Assembly (NCBI RefSeq): GCF_006345805.1
Contig: NW_021833815.1
Span: 1 to 64,000 of the forward strand
Direction: 5' to 3'
DNA: 64,000 nt
From: Octopus sinensis
Lineage: Eukaryota
The notes beneath the pieces were generated by a model. The model was not told where the DNA came from, did not search any database, and saw only the letters and a list, made by a program, of their open reading frames with translations. Below, piece by piece: positions 28,086-41,961 of the stretch; the first letter of the stretch is position 1, and every line of letters starts with the position of its first letter. Both the position numbers and the translations under genes were made by a program.

Positions 28086-28879
28086 CACCCCCACACACAA
28101 AATGGACGATCATCGGAGAGATGAAATATGTGTGGGTTGTATGAGACAGTGTGTGTGTGTGTGTGTGTGACGGAGAGATAGATAGGTAGATAGAGAGAGG
28201 GGTGTACTGTAATTATAGACCTGAAAAGGATGACAGGCAAAGTTGACCTTAGTAGTTTTTGAACCCATGACTCGGAGATCCAGAACAAAAACCACCAAGC
28301 ATTCCATTAGATACTCTACCAACTCCTTTCAGTCTCTGCTTTAACTAATTAATTAGTGTAGACACAGAGATGTAGTTATTACAGAGACGTAAGTTAATTA
28401 ATGCAGAATGCAAATTATTAGACAAATTCTATGGAATAGTGCTAGTTAAATTAGCAATAACATGTTATGAAATAACTACCCCGGGTAGATTAAAACCAAC
28501 AGTTGTAATTGAACTAACAACATAAAAGTACGGGTAGAATTAAAAATCTAATGCGAGAACTGGTTGAATCCGGTTTATAACTTCAGTTTTATTCATATAA
28601 GTCATTATTCATTCATAAATCAACGAAATGATGAGGATTAATTAATTAAAAAAAAAACAAACATAAATCAATGCTCTAATTATGCTTGGTTAACGTTTCC
28701 CAGACAGATTTTGGTCTGGCATTTGTTCAATTCCATATTCTTTATGTTTTGTCTGGCATCTCGATCAAGTCAGCTTCAATAATTCAAATTCTTCATCAAT
28801 ATCGAAACTATTGAGATTTCTATGGAATCAATGAAGTCATCAATGACAAACAACTCCGAGTTTGGTTTCTATGTATCTC

Positions 28880-28920
<41 letters not shown>

Positions 28921-29066
28921 AATGAATAAATGGAACAAATATGAGTTCCCTTTCTATTGTTTATTCAATTATTGTTAATAAAATTAACATCCAAGGACAA
29001 ATATATACACAACAGCCATATATATATATATATATATATATACATTTCTCTTTCTCTTCATCTTCA

Positions 29067-29101
<35 letters not shown>

Positions 29102-29453
29102 GTGCGCGTGTGTGGAGGGGAGAGAATTGGAAACGCCGCTTCCACGTGAATGTTTTGACGTCTTTCGAGGAACAGAAGGAGTGGAGGGTGGAACCTCTTT
29201 GAGTACAGACTGACTGACGAAAGAGAATATGTTGGAATAATTTGAAATGAAGAAGAAATAAGACTTTTATTGTTATGTAACTGTTAATTGTTCGCAGGAA
29301 ACAATAGAATATAGTGGAGGAAATATAGAAAACTGGAAAGAAATATCTGTAATTGAGATATCTGATGGATTTTATTCCGTCTTAGAATTGTTCATCTTTT
29401 ATTTCGAAAAAGATTTTAAACATCTACTAGAAGAGAGATGTGTGTGTGTATGT

Positions 29454-29519
<66 letters not shown>

Positions 29520-30054
29520 GGCAAAAGAAAAGTTTTACATTTGAAAAAACTCACCCAATCGATCTTTGAGAGATTTTAATAAAAGAGTATGAAACGAAAA
29601 GAATGAACAAAAAAAGACGAAATTCAGCGTTTGTGTTTTGAAAACAATGACAGACGTTTATTGTTGATCTTTAGTGGGCGAATGAGAAGAGGTGGGCCCA
29701 GCTCTTTATTTTCATTTCTTTGGTGAAAAGAAATAGAAACAAAATTAGATTTCAAGGGAAAAACACACAAACAGAAACTAAGTCAAGAAACTCTTTACCG
29801 ATTCCACTTCATTCCCTCCGACCTCGCTAACTTTTTACTTTTGTAGATTTCGAGCCACGACAAGTGGGCAGCTGCAGACAAACAACATTCATGGAGTTCC
29901 TGAAATCTTTCCTTAACCATTCTTTGTTCTCCAGTGCTTCCCTTTTAGTCTTCTTCTTCTTCTTCTTCTCGCATCTTTCACCGTTCCTTATTCCTTTTCC
30001 CTTTCTCGGTCAATGTCCATTGAATTCGTTTTGATCTCTTCTACATACTTCTAA

Positions 30055-30530
30055 CATGTTATATTCCTGTACCACTTCAAATATAATTTATTCTCTCTGC
30101 TACTTCAATATCTCAATATCAACCAATTTAGTATGTCTTTTGTTAAGACATATCACTTTAGAATATACATTATGACATGTGTGAAATAAGATATAGCTCA
30201 ATATCTTAAGATCTACTTCTTTAAATACATCTTATTATTGTCTGGATGGAATTTATATTTTATTATCTTAAAGAACATCCCTTTCGATACATCTGATTGT
30301 ATCTCTGTGATACAAACTCCTATATTTTCAGCTGCACTATTCTAAATATATCATATTGTATAGAAGTAATATATACAGGAATATTTCAACATTTATGCTT
30401 ATATCTTCATGTCTTGAAGTTAAGATGTACCATTCTAAGAATATCTTATTATTTCGGTGTCGTACTTGAATTTGTTAAGATGTACCATTCCAAATATATT
30501 TTAATGTTTTGATGTTAAGATGTATGTACC
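30055..30530. repeat. Degenerate ~40-bp tandem repeat
   Basis: Recurring GTTAAGATGTACCATT...AATATAT(C/T)TTA blocks, clearest at ~30419, ~30475 and ~30514. Confidence 0.55.
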
Positions 30531-31000
30531 ATTACTGAGGAAAACCTGTTTCCAAGACGAGCCAAAGAAAGATCTTCTGCTTCGCCATTCTACCTGCTAG
30601 AAATAGTTGCCAAATCTCTCTCAAATCACACTCTAGCAACTTTAAGTATAAGAAGGGTATATTTAATAATGTAGTCTGAATTAAACTATCTCTAAAACCT
30701 CTCAAGATGGCCATGGTTGGAACACCTTTAATCGAAGATCTGCTCATCCTCGAGATGAATAGGGGTTTAAAGAAGTTCAGTCATTGACTAAACGACAGCG
30801 ACAACAACAACAACAACAAACTGTTTTAATCAAGTCTGCGACTGCCATTTTCAGATTCTTCAATCCATTTCTATCAAAACAGTTGACCAAATTCCGTTGG
30901 AAAGACTTTCTGCGAGAGGATTTCTCTCTTTATTTGCTGTCATGTTTGTTTATTTTGTTTATGACAGAAGTAAAGTTTACATTGAACGGTAGAATATAAT

Positions 31001-31193
31001 ACATGTTACATTAGAGACTACATGTTAGAACATAATGCATGTTAGTTCAGTCAGTACATGTTAGATGAGTACTTACATGTATGATCTCCTTTTATGTCTA
31101 AGACAATTCCTTACATGTAAGACCAGACCTCACATGTAAGACTTGACTTTACATGTAAGACGAATATTTACATGTGTAATGTCTGAAACATGT
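31001..31193. repeat. ~19-bp minisatellite centred on ACATGT
   Basis: ACATGT at 31001, 31020, 31056, 31075, 31113, 31132, 31151, 31170 and 31188, plus degenerate copies at 31037 and 31092. Confidence 0.85.
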
Positions 31194-31599
31194 ATTATTT
31201 CACAGTATTGACTGTATTTCAATACTGTTAATCGCTCCGTATTTTGATCTGTGCCTTCAAACTATAAAAGTAAAATTAAGTCACAGAAACTACCTTCCGT
31301 CCCGACAGACTTTCAAGAGGGAATGGTGACATATTTAATGCTGGGATGTGGTTACTTTATCACACACACACAAACATGCGTTCTGAGGAAGGTACCTGAA
31401 CAGTCCAGCACCTCACAACGACAAGTGGGTCTCATATCCCAACTATAGTTTTCAAGTTTACCAGTATCGCGGGTACAATCCGTCCCATGATCTCTCACCC
31501 CGTCTCCGTCCACTCGCCAAAGATAACACTTCTCTAACTTGACATTAACCCCTTAAGCACTGTGTCCATTATATGTGTGTGTGTATGTGTATGTAAGCA

Positions 31600-31643
<44 letters not shown>

Positions 31644-31729
31644 CTATCTATATATATATTATATATATATGTGTGTGTGTGTGTGTATCAATCTGTCTCT
31701 ATGCATCTATCTATCTATCTACCTAGCTA

Positions 31730-31770
<41 letters not shown>

Positions 31771-32971
31771 TTCTTTTTTCACTTGCACACATGTACACAC
31801 ACACACATATGCACTATGTCACACACAGACAGAATGGAACCCGCTTATTATAATCATGACTCGAAACACGTTCAAGGTATTGTGACATAGCCTGAATGTT
31901 ATTGTTCGCTTATTATTATCAACAAGGGTCCGTTCTAAAATGATCACAATGATAGGGTTCGATTGCACGCAAACTCGCTCACACTTACGTGCGACTAAAT
32001 GTGGGTTTATATATATAATACATATATATGTATGCGTGTGTGTGTGTGTGTGTGTGTACGTATCCATCCATCTACACATAAACACATACATACATACGCA
32101 CATGCATACATACATATCTACATTCGTCCATCAGAATGGCAGCAGAAGAGAATGATGCTATAAAGAGATTTCCTTCAGCCGACCGTTCTTATTTGATGGC
32201 GTTAATTATACAGTAACGAATGAATATTTAAAAGGGCGGGAAAAGACCGTCTTAGACCGACACCACCATCATCAGCCCCATCATCATAAATAGCAACACC
32301 ATCTCCATCCTGATCGCTACCACTGTTATTACCATCAACATCATCATCACTATAATCGTAAACATTATCATTACTGAAAAATAAATAAAATAAATAACAA
32401 TAATGGTGATGATGATGATGATGATGATGATGATAATAATAATAATAATAATGAGAGAAAGAAGTTAATTAAAGGATACATACAAATTGTTACTTTTAAA
32501 TCTCTTCCAAATTAATTATACGGGAAGAAATGTTTTGCTTAATTTTATATATATTTTTTTCCAAATATTGTTTTTTTTTTATTCTCAGCAAAATCTGTCT
32601 TGTAATTACTTGTATTGATTAATTCACAAAACTTCCAACTAAAAGAATGACGACAAAATTTAATCGACGAAAACGAGAGAGACAGCGAAAATATCAAGAA
32701 TCTGTTTATTTAATTGCCAAAACTATTTTTTTTAAAGTTTCCTTTAAATTTTCTCGTCATTTTGTTTTGTGATGTTTTGGTCTTAGTCCATTATTTTAAA
32801 GATTATTAGTGTGTATATAATGTGTAGTTGTAATTATGGGTGTATATAATATGTGTATATATATATTGTATACTTGGAATTACGCGTACAGACACATATA
32901 TATATGTATATGTACATATGTGTATGTGTGTGTGTGTATATTTGTGTATATGCACCTATACACACACACGC

Positions 32972-33043
<72 letters not shown>

Positions 33044-33636
33044 ATATATGTATATATGCATATATGTGTGTCTAACGAATAATTAATATTTTTATTTAAA
33101 AAAAAAGACAATTAACAGTAGAATACATTAAAATTTTGTGTATGATTAGTTAAGAAAATTAACTTAAACTGGACAAAGTATGTTATTGTAATTAAAGGGT
33201 GTGGGTGGGGTATCAAGGAAATATTGTTGTTATCAAAAACATGACATTCACAGAATTAGAGCCCTCACATCACATCTGTACACATACGTGCACACACATA
33301 CATGCCATTACATATACGTACAGCCTTCACAGGCCTCACTTCAACTGTCGTTGTACCACACACACACACACACACACCTATTCACAGCATCATAGCCCAC
33401 ACATCACCCTACAAACACGCAAGTGAACAACAAACACTGAATTTTAACGACAGTTAAATTTGAATAAATGAAAATTGATTTTTATTTTTGTTAAAAGTGA
33501 GAATATTTCAACCATAAAACCTGAAATAATTAAAGAGTTCAACATTTTCACTCTTATTTTTCGAATAAAATTTGAAAAAAATTAAAACTTTGAAGTGTAT
33601 TATTCTTAGTGTGTAGCTGTGTGTGTGTGTGTGTGT

Positions 33637-33705
<69 letters not shown>

Positions 33706-33840
33706 ATTACGTACCCGAATAATAAAGGTGTACCATGGTAGAGATGGGGTTAATAAACATAAAACGTGTTTAGTTTGATTAAACAAAGGAAGGAAGGAAA
33801 GGAAAAAAGAAGGAAGGAGTTCACTGGGTGATATTTCACT

Positions 33841-33962
33841 GGTAGTGGTGATGGTGGTGGTAGTGGTGGAGATGGTGGTAGTGGTGGAGATGGTGGTAGT
33901 GGTGGAGATGGTGGTAGTGGTGGTGATGGTGGTAGTGGTGGAGATGGTGGTAGTGGTGGTGG
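33841..33962. repeat. 18-bp minisatellite GGTGGTAGTGGTGGAGAT
   Basis: About six tandem units; source of the PPSPPL translation in ORF 33750..34001. Confidence 0.9.
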
Positions 33963-34240
33963 ATATGTCCTACACTTAAAAAAAAACCCCACCAAACACA
34001 CTTTACGTCGCCCTTGTCATAAATTAAGATCGATATTAAAACTTAATCGAAGCCAATCGCTGTTGAATCTTAAGAAAATCTTAAGAAGGAGAGAGCGGGG
34101 TGAGTGTTTGGGGGGGGCGAGGGGGGCACATACAGTCGAAACTTGAATTAATTAATAAGGACCCTGCGACTATATATTTTATGTATATACACAGAGTAAC
34201 AATACAGTTTATAAATAGATTTAGAATACTTTTATGAATT

Positions 34241-34447
34241 AGTTTCAAATTTTGGCACAAGGCCAGCAATTTCGTGGGAGGAGGTAAGTCGATTACATCG
34301 ACCCCCGGTACTCGATTGGTATTCATTTTATAGACTCCGAGAGCAAGAATGGTAAAGTCGATCTCGGCGGAGTTTGAACTCAGAACATAAAGACGGACGA
34401 AATGCCGCTAAGCAATTTTTCCGGCATGCTGAAGGTTCTTCCAGCTT
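34241..34447 (-). mobile_element. Family A SINE
   Basis: TTTCAAATTTTGGCACAAGGCCAGCAATTTCG...GTCGATTACATCGACCCC...AAAGTCGATCTCGGCGGAGTTTGAACTCAGAAC. Confidence 0.85.
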
Positions 34448-34747
34448 GTTGTCTTAGATTAGTTTATTATATTCACACATTTATAACACTATTTTTTATA
34501 TACGCTGATTTTAACAATGCTATTATATATATGTGCATGTGTGTGTGTGTGTGTGTGTGTCTGTACTATTATAGTAGCAGTTATACATAGATGTATGTAT
34601 ATATGTACATACTTACATATATACATACATACATATGTATGTGTGTGTATGTATATATGTGTGTGTATATATATATATACATGTATGCATATATACATGC
34701 ACATATACACATATATATGTGTATGTATGTATATATATATAAATATT

Positions 34748-34780
<33 letters not shown>

Positions 34781-37274
34781 GTATGTGTATGTATGTATAC
34801 ATGTATGCATATATACATACACATATACACATATATATGTGTATGTATGTATGTGTATGTATATATTTGTATGTATGCATATGTGACAATACTTACATAT
34901 GCACTATGAGTAACAATAGTGTCACATATATACACGCTTATTATAACTATAATTCGTTTATATACACTTATAATGGTTTCCAATATAGGCACAAGGCCAG
35001 CAGTGTTGAGGGGAGGGTGTCAGCCGATACCATCGCCCCAGTACTTTATTTTATCGACGTCGAAAAGATGAAAGACCATAGCAATACTTTTGTTATTGTA
35101 CAGTACTACAGAGTGTATATAGAGATATATCGAGATATACTATATATAATACAAGATGTTTGTACGTCAGTTTTATTCATTCGATTGCATAAGATTGACG
35201 CCAGTGCCTATGACCCTTTTTCTGTTGTTTCGTGACCGATAGATGGATGAAAGGGAGGAAGGTATTCGCAGACAGAAGACTTGGCCCAAATCTTTGCAAC
35301 AGAATCATTCCACTCAAAGGTATCCAAGGTATCCAAAGTATCCAAGGCTTGCGGCAAGCGATTAAATCTACTTTTGATTTACAGGGCAAGATTTGAACTC
35401 AGAACGCAAAATCCGTAACAAATACCGCAATGAAACCCGTTCTTTCAGACACTCTAATGATCCCGCTGGATCACACCCTAAATTAGAAATTAATTTATCG
35501 ACTCTGGGATGATGAAAGACAAAGTTGATCTAGGCTGGATTTGAACTCAGAACACAAGGGAGTCGGAATAACTACTGCAATGTGTCTCATTACATAAAGT
35601 ATTGGTTAACATCTTCAGATCTCTGTGGAGTTTAACATTGCAACAAAACACTATTAACACTCAGCAGTTTATTAATAATAAGCCATACAAAAGACGGGAG
35701 TTTCTATAAAATGAAATGAATTTTCCTGAAACAGTAAAGTTTTGAGACAAATATTTTGGTGATTCTGGTTAAATTCTAACCACTAAAAAGGGGGGCGGGG
35801 AAATAGTTTGATTTAATATTTACAGAAACAGGGCACGGCATACAAACTGAAGAGATTCTAGCTATGAATACAGTGCAAATGAAAGGTGACGAAGCATAAA
35901 ACGACAACTGAAACAACCAGATTTTACTCTCAGATTGCAATATGCAGTCAGTGTTCGTGACTTTTGGCCCATTGACCCACCCTGGACAAGTTTTTACTGA
36001 AACAAATCATTAAGAACAACTTTAATTGTTTTCTTTTATTACCGATTAGATCAAATATCTTACTGTAAATATATACATATTGTACACACACACACACACA
36101 CACACACATTGCTGGTTGTTTGTGAGGCAAGGAAATAAGCTGAGTGACTGAACGTAGTGTTAGTAGAATGCATAGAAAACTTCTGACTTGGGTCATGACA
36201 AGGAAAATTGGTATTGTTACAGCTTGGCTGATTTATCGAACATTGACACAGCTCCACAATAGTATAGTATTTAGTTACTATATTATGTAACATAACAGTA
36301 ACATACAATATAGGAGTCACGATACCACTTGAGTATGTAGTTACAAACACTGCCACCTTTTTATCCGTCACTCTCAAAACCGCTGCCATTCTGTCCATCA
36401 TTCAGTTAATAGCGCTACCATTGTATTTGTCACTCTCTCGACCACCGTCCCTCAGCATATCATTATCAATCTGTGAAGAGCAATGAAGATGTTGAATTTG
36501 AAAAAGCTGAGCTGTTTGGTCGTAGACAGCAGTAACAACAGTAATAATTGAAGCTAAGTACCTCAATAACCATCTCTGTTTATAACAGTTATATATCTAC
36601 ACGGGACAGCTGACAACACCGTCATAAAACAGCGTGACGTAAGTCAACACTAGAAAAATATGCACTTACGGTTGAACAACATGATCGCCCGAAATAACAG
36701 TCAAAACTCCCTCAAATCATACTCTACAGTATATATATATATATAGTTTGCACTTCCGTTATAGGCAGGATCAACAAAGAAGTACTCTGTCTAATGATTG
36801 ATAAATATCATTTAATATACACGATAACAAAAGAGCTATTGATAGTTTCATGCTTTAGAAATACAACAAATAGGCAGATTATATAACATATCATGCATTT
36901 CTAAGCAATCTTTCAGGCTCAGAGCATATCGTTAGATGTATTTAAAAGTCAGGACGCTGGTCTATGAGAAAAAAAAAACGAGAGGAAGGTTGATGTAAAA
37001 AGAGGAAAGAAAAGTAAGAAAACCAAGATCTGCCAATTTATTGTATCTCTAAAGCATGAAACTCTAAGTAGCTCTTTTAAAAAATTTTTGTATATAAGAT
37101 GCAGTGGTGAGTGCTTGAACATCACCTTATAGGTAGAAACAGTCATTAGTTAGTGAAGCTGGTCGCCTAATTCCTGCTCCTTTGTCATTCCATTAATTAC
37201 ATACGACGCTCTTTACTCCTGAAAGCTTTAGTCTGAAGCTTATGTATATTGAGTTCTTACCTAAGCGAAACCTA

Positions 37275-37329
<55 letters not shown>

Positions 37330-37372
37330 TATATATATAGTATATATATATATATATATACATATGTATGTA

Positions 37373-37460
<88 letters not shown>

Positions 37461-37924
37461 GTAATGTATGCGCGCGCGTGCGTGTGCAGACATCGGTTAA
37501 TGTACTCCAAAGGTATACTGCACTCTGAATGAGTGAGATTCAGGATGGTCAAAGCTGGAGTGCCTTTAATCATTGAGTTGCTCACACAAAACTGACCTGG
37601 GGCTAAACAACAACATCAAGACAAACCAATGCGTGAGTTTCTATGTGATTGCTTTACCTGTTAGAAATAGCAGTGAAATCTTCCTGAAATTATACTCTCC
37701 CACTTAAAAAAATGTCGTATACATTGAGTAATGCAATCCATTGGCCAGAAAAAGGAACAAGACAAAATGGTTGAGACGGAAGATTTTATAGAATTTATTT
37801 TATCTTATTTATGTGAAAGAGAAAATTTGGTAGGAAAGAGTTTTTAAGATAGGTTGGTGACATACAGACTGACTGACCAACCATTGTGGCGGCCCATGGG
37901 CAGGTGGAGGGGGATGAACATAGT

Positions 37925-38062
37925 CAGTGAATTAACGTTTGTTGTTAGCATTTGTAATAATTGTCTTTTCTTTCTGAGTTCAAATCCCGCCGAGGTCGAC
38001 TTTGCCTTCCTTCCTTTCTGGGTCAATAAGATAAGCACCGGTTCAAGCGCCGGGGTTCGATG
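37925..38062 (+). mobile_element. Family A SINE fragment
   Basis: TTCTGAGTTCAAATCCCGCCGAGGTCGACTTTGCCTTCC...GGGTCAATAAG. Confidence 0.75.
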
Positions 38063-38734
38063 CTAAAGTCTGAAAATAAATATTCGTAAAAGTTGTGAGG
38101 AAAAAATGTTGACAAAGCCTCAGCAATGTGGCGATAACAACGTTGCGGTGATGATATTGAAGATAATAACGTGATGGCGATAATGTGATGATACTGATGA
38201 TGATAAGGTGATGACAATGCTGTGATGACACTAATTAAGAGATGATAATGTTAAGAATCAACGATCAGCTACATTCATATCAACATCTTGACGATGACAG
38301 CTCCAACATAGTGACACCATGCATGTGATGACAGCAATACCGTCAACGGAATTACGCTGACAGTAATTTGGTTGCACCAGGCCAGTAGCTTGATGTTGTT
38401 GATGTTGTTGCTGTTGTCGTGGTGGATGATGATGATGATGGTGGTGGTGGTGGTGGCGGTGAAAATGATAATCTTGTTTCACTCAAATCAGTGAAATTCT
38501 ACAAATTTGCAGAAAAAAATCTCTTTATGCAATTGTTTCTGTGTAGAACGATGAACACGCGCGCGCACGCACATATACACATACACACACACATGCACAC
38601 ACACACACACACGCGCACACATACACACACACACATACACACACGCACACACAAGTCAGAGACGCCATCCGTTTGAAAACACTACAGTTAACTAAGTATT
38701 AAAAGATTTAATGTAGTGACTGGTGAAAATATTG

Positions 38735-38948
38735 GCTTCCAATTTTGTCAGAAGGTCAACAAGAATGGGGGGGGGGGGGTAGTCGATAACATTGACTCCA
38801 GAACTCCACTGGTACTTAATTTATCGACCCCGAAAGGATGAAAGGCAAAGTCAACGTCGGCGGAATTTGAACTCAGAACGTAGCGGCAAACGAAATACCG
38901 CTAACCATTTCGCCTCCCGGCGTGCAAGCATTTCTGCCAGTTCGCCAC
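38735..38948 (-). mobile_element. Family A SINE
   Basis: TTTATCGACCCCGAAAGGATGAAAGGCAAAGTCAACGTCGGCGGAATTTGAACTCAGAACGTAGCGGC...TTCTGCCAGTTCGCC. Confidence 0.88.
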
Positions 38949-39169
38949 ATTTGACAAATGAAAATCTTATCAGAGATAATGTGGTGAGGAAAAGACAATA
39001 TTAGCTGAATGTGAGTGGGAGAGATCGAAAGAAAGGAAAGAAAGTAGCACGTGTAAAGAGAGAGAGAGAGTATGCAGAAAGAAGACGGTGTTACTGGTCT
39101 AAGAACAACTATGAAGCCTCAACTCCGTCGGCTTCCCACAATGAAATGCTTAAACTTAATTCTGTTCAT

Positions 39170-39345
39170 TGCGTGTCGTAGTGGTTAGTATGTTGGGTTC
39201 ATGATCATTTGGTTCTGGTTTCGATTCTTAGATCGAATGGCGCGTTGTGTCCTTAAGCAAGTTACTTCATTTACCGTAGCTTCAGAAAAATCAGCGGGAA
39301 AACGAGTACCAGCTGCAGTTTGGAGTCACCCTTGTGACGGTCGGA
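39170..39345 (+). mobile_element. Degenerate tRNA/CORE-like SINE
   Basis: GTAGTGGTTAG...GGTTTCGATTC...TTGTGTCCTTAAGCAAGTTACTTCATTT. Confidence 0.6.
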
Positions 39346-39620
39346 CATCCGATGACGGGCCTTGTACATTCGCTTCGTTCTCACAGATAATCTCTTGCTC
39401 GGTCGACCTTCAGACTCTACTCTTTCTTCCTCTCTCCCACTCTTCACTGTCTTTCTTTCTCTCCCTCTCTCTCTCTCTACAATTTAAAATATTTTTATAT
39501 GCTAAATATATTTTTTGCATTAGAATATTTCTCTTTTTTCTATATTTTAATTTATATATTTAATTACATACATTACATATATGTGTGTGTATGTGTGTGC
39601 GTATATATGTGTATGTTGTA

Positions 39621-39672
<52 letters not shown>

Positions 39673-40893
39673 TTATATATATATATATGTGTGTATATAT
39701 ATGTATATATGTATGCATGTTTGTACCGTGTGTCCATATATGCATGTGTATGTATATACATACACATGTGCAGTATGTGTGCGTGTGTGTGTGTCTGTGT
39801 GTGCGTGTGTGTTTTAAATTCTCGCCTCTCCTTGCTCTCCTTGACAGATGGAGAGAAAAGACATTTCAAACAAAGCCATGACAAGAGAGAAAATCTTTCT
39901 ATAAATTTTTAATCGCTCCATTTTCTATTCCAGATTACATTGTGTTTGTTGTCTGTCTGTCAGTTCAGCCAGTCTGTCTGTGTGTCTATCGGTTACTCAG
40001 TCCATTTACTCCCTTACTCCGTTACTCTGCCTCTCCCCTCTCATACTCCCTTCTCCAACTCTTTGAAATTTTCTCAATTTACTTTAAATCATTTTCCTTA
40101 ATAAACTTTCACCTCCATTCATGCTCTTTGTCCACTCTCTCTCTCTCCCTTTCCACTCCCCTTCTCTCCCCTCTCTCCACTTTCCCAACCCATCCGCTTC
40201 TCCACCTCTCTCTACCCCGTTACTTTCTTTTGTCCTTCCCCCGCTTTCTTGCCTCACGTTTTAGTATCTCTTCCTCTCCTGTTTCTTTCTTCATCACTCT
40301 CTCTCTCTCTCTCTCACACACACACATACATTTCTACACACACACACACACACAACGCATCCATGAAGTTTTAAATTTCCCCATTTCAGTTTGCAACATT
40401 CTCTCTCTGCTAAAAAAACTACCACCGCCAACATGGCCAGCAACACCAACACCACAACCGACACAAGTACCACTACCACCCTCTACCACCACCTCTACTA
40501 CCACCGCCATAACAACTGTAACCAACACCTTACCCATCAAAACCCCACCTCACTATACAATATCTTCGGCACCCTGAAAATTCTATTTCTCATTCTTCTT
40601 CTTCTTCTTCTTCTTCTTCTTCTTCTTCTTCTTCTTCTTCTTCTTCTTCTTCTTCTTCTTTCTCCTTTCCTTTTCTCATTCTGGGGTTCAAATCCCATTT
40701 AACCCGAACCTCCTCAGAAGGTCTTCTAAAATTTTTATCATTCCTAAAAAAAAAACAAGATGGCCCCTCTGTCGTCTTGTTCTCACTGTTTCGACAAGGG
40801 CTTTCGTGAGTTTACTCAAGTCACTCCCTGGTAGTTGCACTTACCTTGGTGAGATTGGTCAATTGTCTTCACACAAGCACACACACACACCAA

Positions 40894-40969
<76 letters not shown>

Positions 40970-40993
40970 ATATGTATGTATCTATATGTATAT

Positions 40994-41028
<35 letters not shown>

Positions 41029-41146
41029 TATATTATATATATATATATATTATCATAATTAAAATTTAGTTGAATTAGGTACTTAAATTGAGGCACCAAG
41101 CCAGTTCAGAGTAGACCATGCAGCTCGAAGTTAGGTGAATAAAAAG

Positions 41147-41301
41147 CAAATAAGGAACAAGGATGTCCAGGTATCAATTCATTACGGCCGTTTCAAGCGG
41201 CTCGATTTAATCGATCAATGAAAACATTACATCAATTTGAAAGATACCTGATCGATTAAATGGAGCCGCATTGATACCAGGACATCCTGGTTACTCATTT
41301 G
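41147..41301. repeat. Fold-back element (~52-bp arms, one arm with an 18-nt insertion) between (TA)n tracts
   Basis: AGGATGTCCAGGTATCAAT[18 nt]GCGGCTCGATTTAATCGATCA versus TGATCGATTAAATGGAGCCGCATTGATACCAGGACATCCT. Confidence 0.85.
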
Positions 41302-41309
41302 TTTATATA

Positions 41310-41359
<50 letters not shown>

Positions 41360-41407
41360 AATTGATAAAAGGTGGGTTTTTTTCTAATATTTTATATATA
41401 TAGAGAG

Positions 41408-41882
41408 AGAACCTTGAAACTCTACTCTCTCCAGCGTCGCCGTGAGCGGTACATCATTTGTACGATGTGGAGAATATACCGCCAACTTTGCCCAAACGAC
41501 CTAAACATTACCTTCAAGGTTCATCCAAGACTGGAACCACGGACCATACGTCCCCTGCCCAATTCAAGATCACAGCATACATGTACACTGCAACATAATT
41601 TCTTTTCCTCAACAGGCCCTGCCCTATTTAACATTCTCCCGAAAGAGATCAAAGAGGAAAAGGATCCCATCAACTTTAAACGGAGTCTGGATAGATTCCT
41701 TCAAGGAATACCAGATAAGCCACCTATAATTGGATACAACTCACCCAACAAAAATTCACTACTTGAATGGACCATAAACAAAACTTGACTTAAACAGGAT
41801 TTAGATAATCCTATCAGGTGGTGCTATTAAGTTAGACATGGCCTGAACCAATCTTTGGTCGAAACATATATAAGTTTATCTA

Positions 41883-41888
<6 letters not shown>
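41408..41888 (+). mobile_element. 5'-truncated CR1-like LINE: ORF2 C-terminus, 3' UTR and tail
   Basis: ORF 41372-41788 contains LKLYSLQRRRERY...GPALFNILPKEIK...FKRSLDRFLQGIPDKP..GYNSPNKNSL, typical of CR1-group ORF2 ends. 3' stem-loop ACCAA-TCT-TTGGT (41847-41859) and a short tandem tail TAAGTTTA x2. Confidence 0.8.

Positions 41889-41960
<72 letters not shown>

Positions 41961-41961
<1 letters not shown>

Noticed and set aside
31001-31193. CRISPR-like repeat/spacer pattern
   Set aside because: The cores are only 6-10 bp with ~10-bp spacers, the context is eukaryotic, and there are no cas genes.
33750-34001. Extensin-like PPSPPL (or GGSGGD) ORF
   Set aside because: It is an 18-bp minisatellite without convincing exon context.
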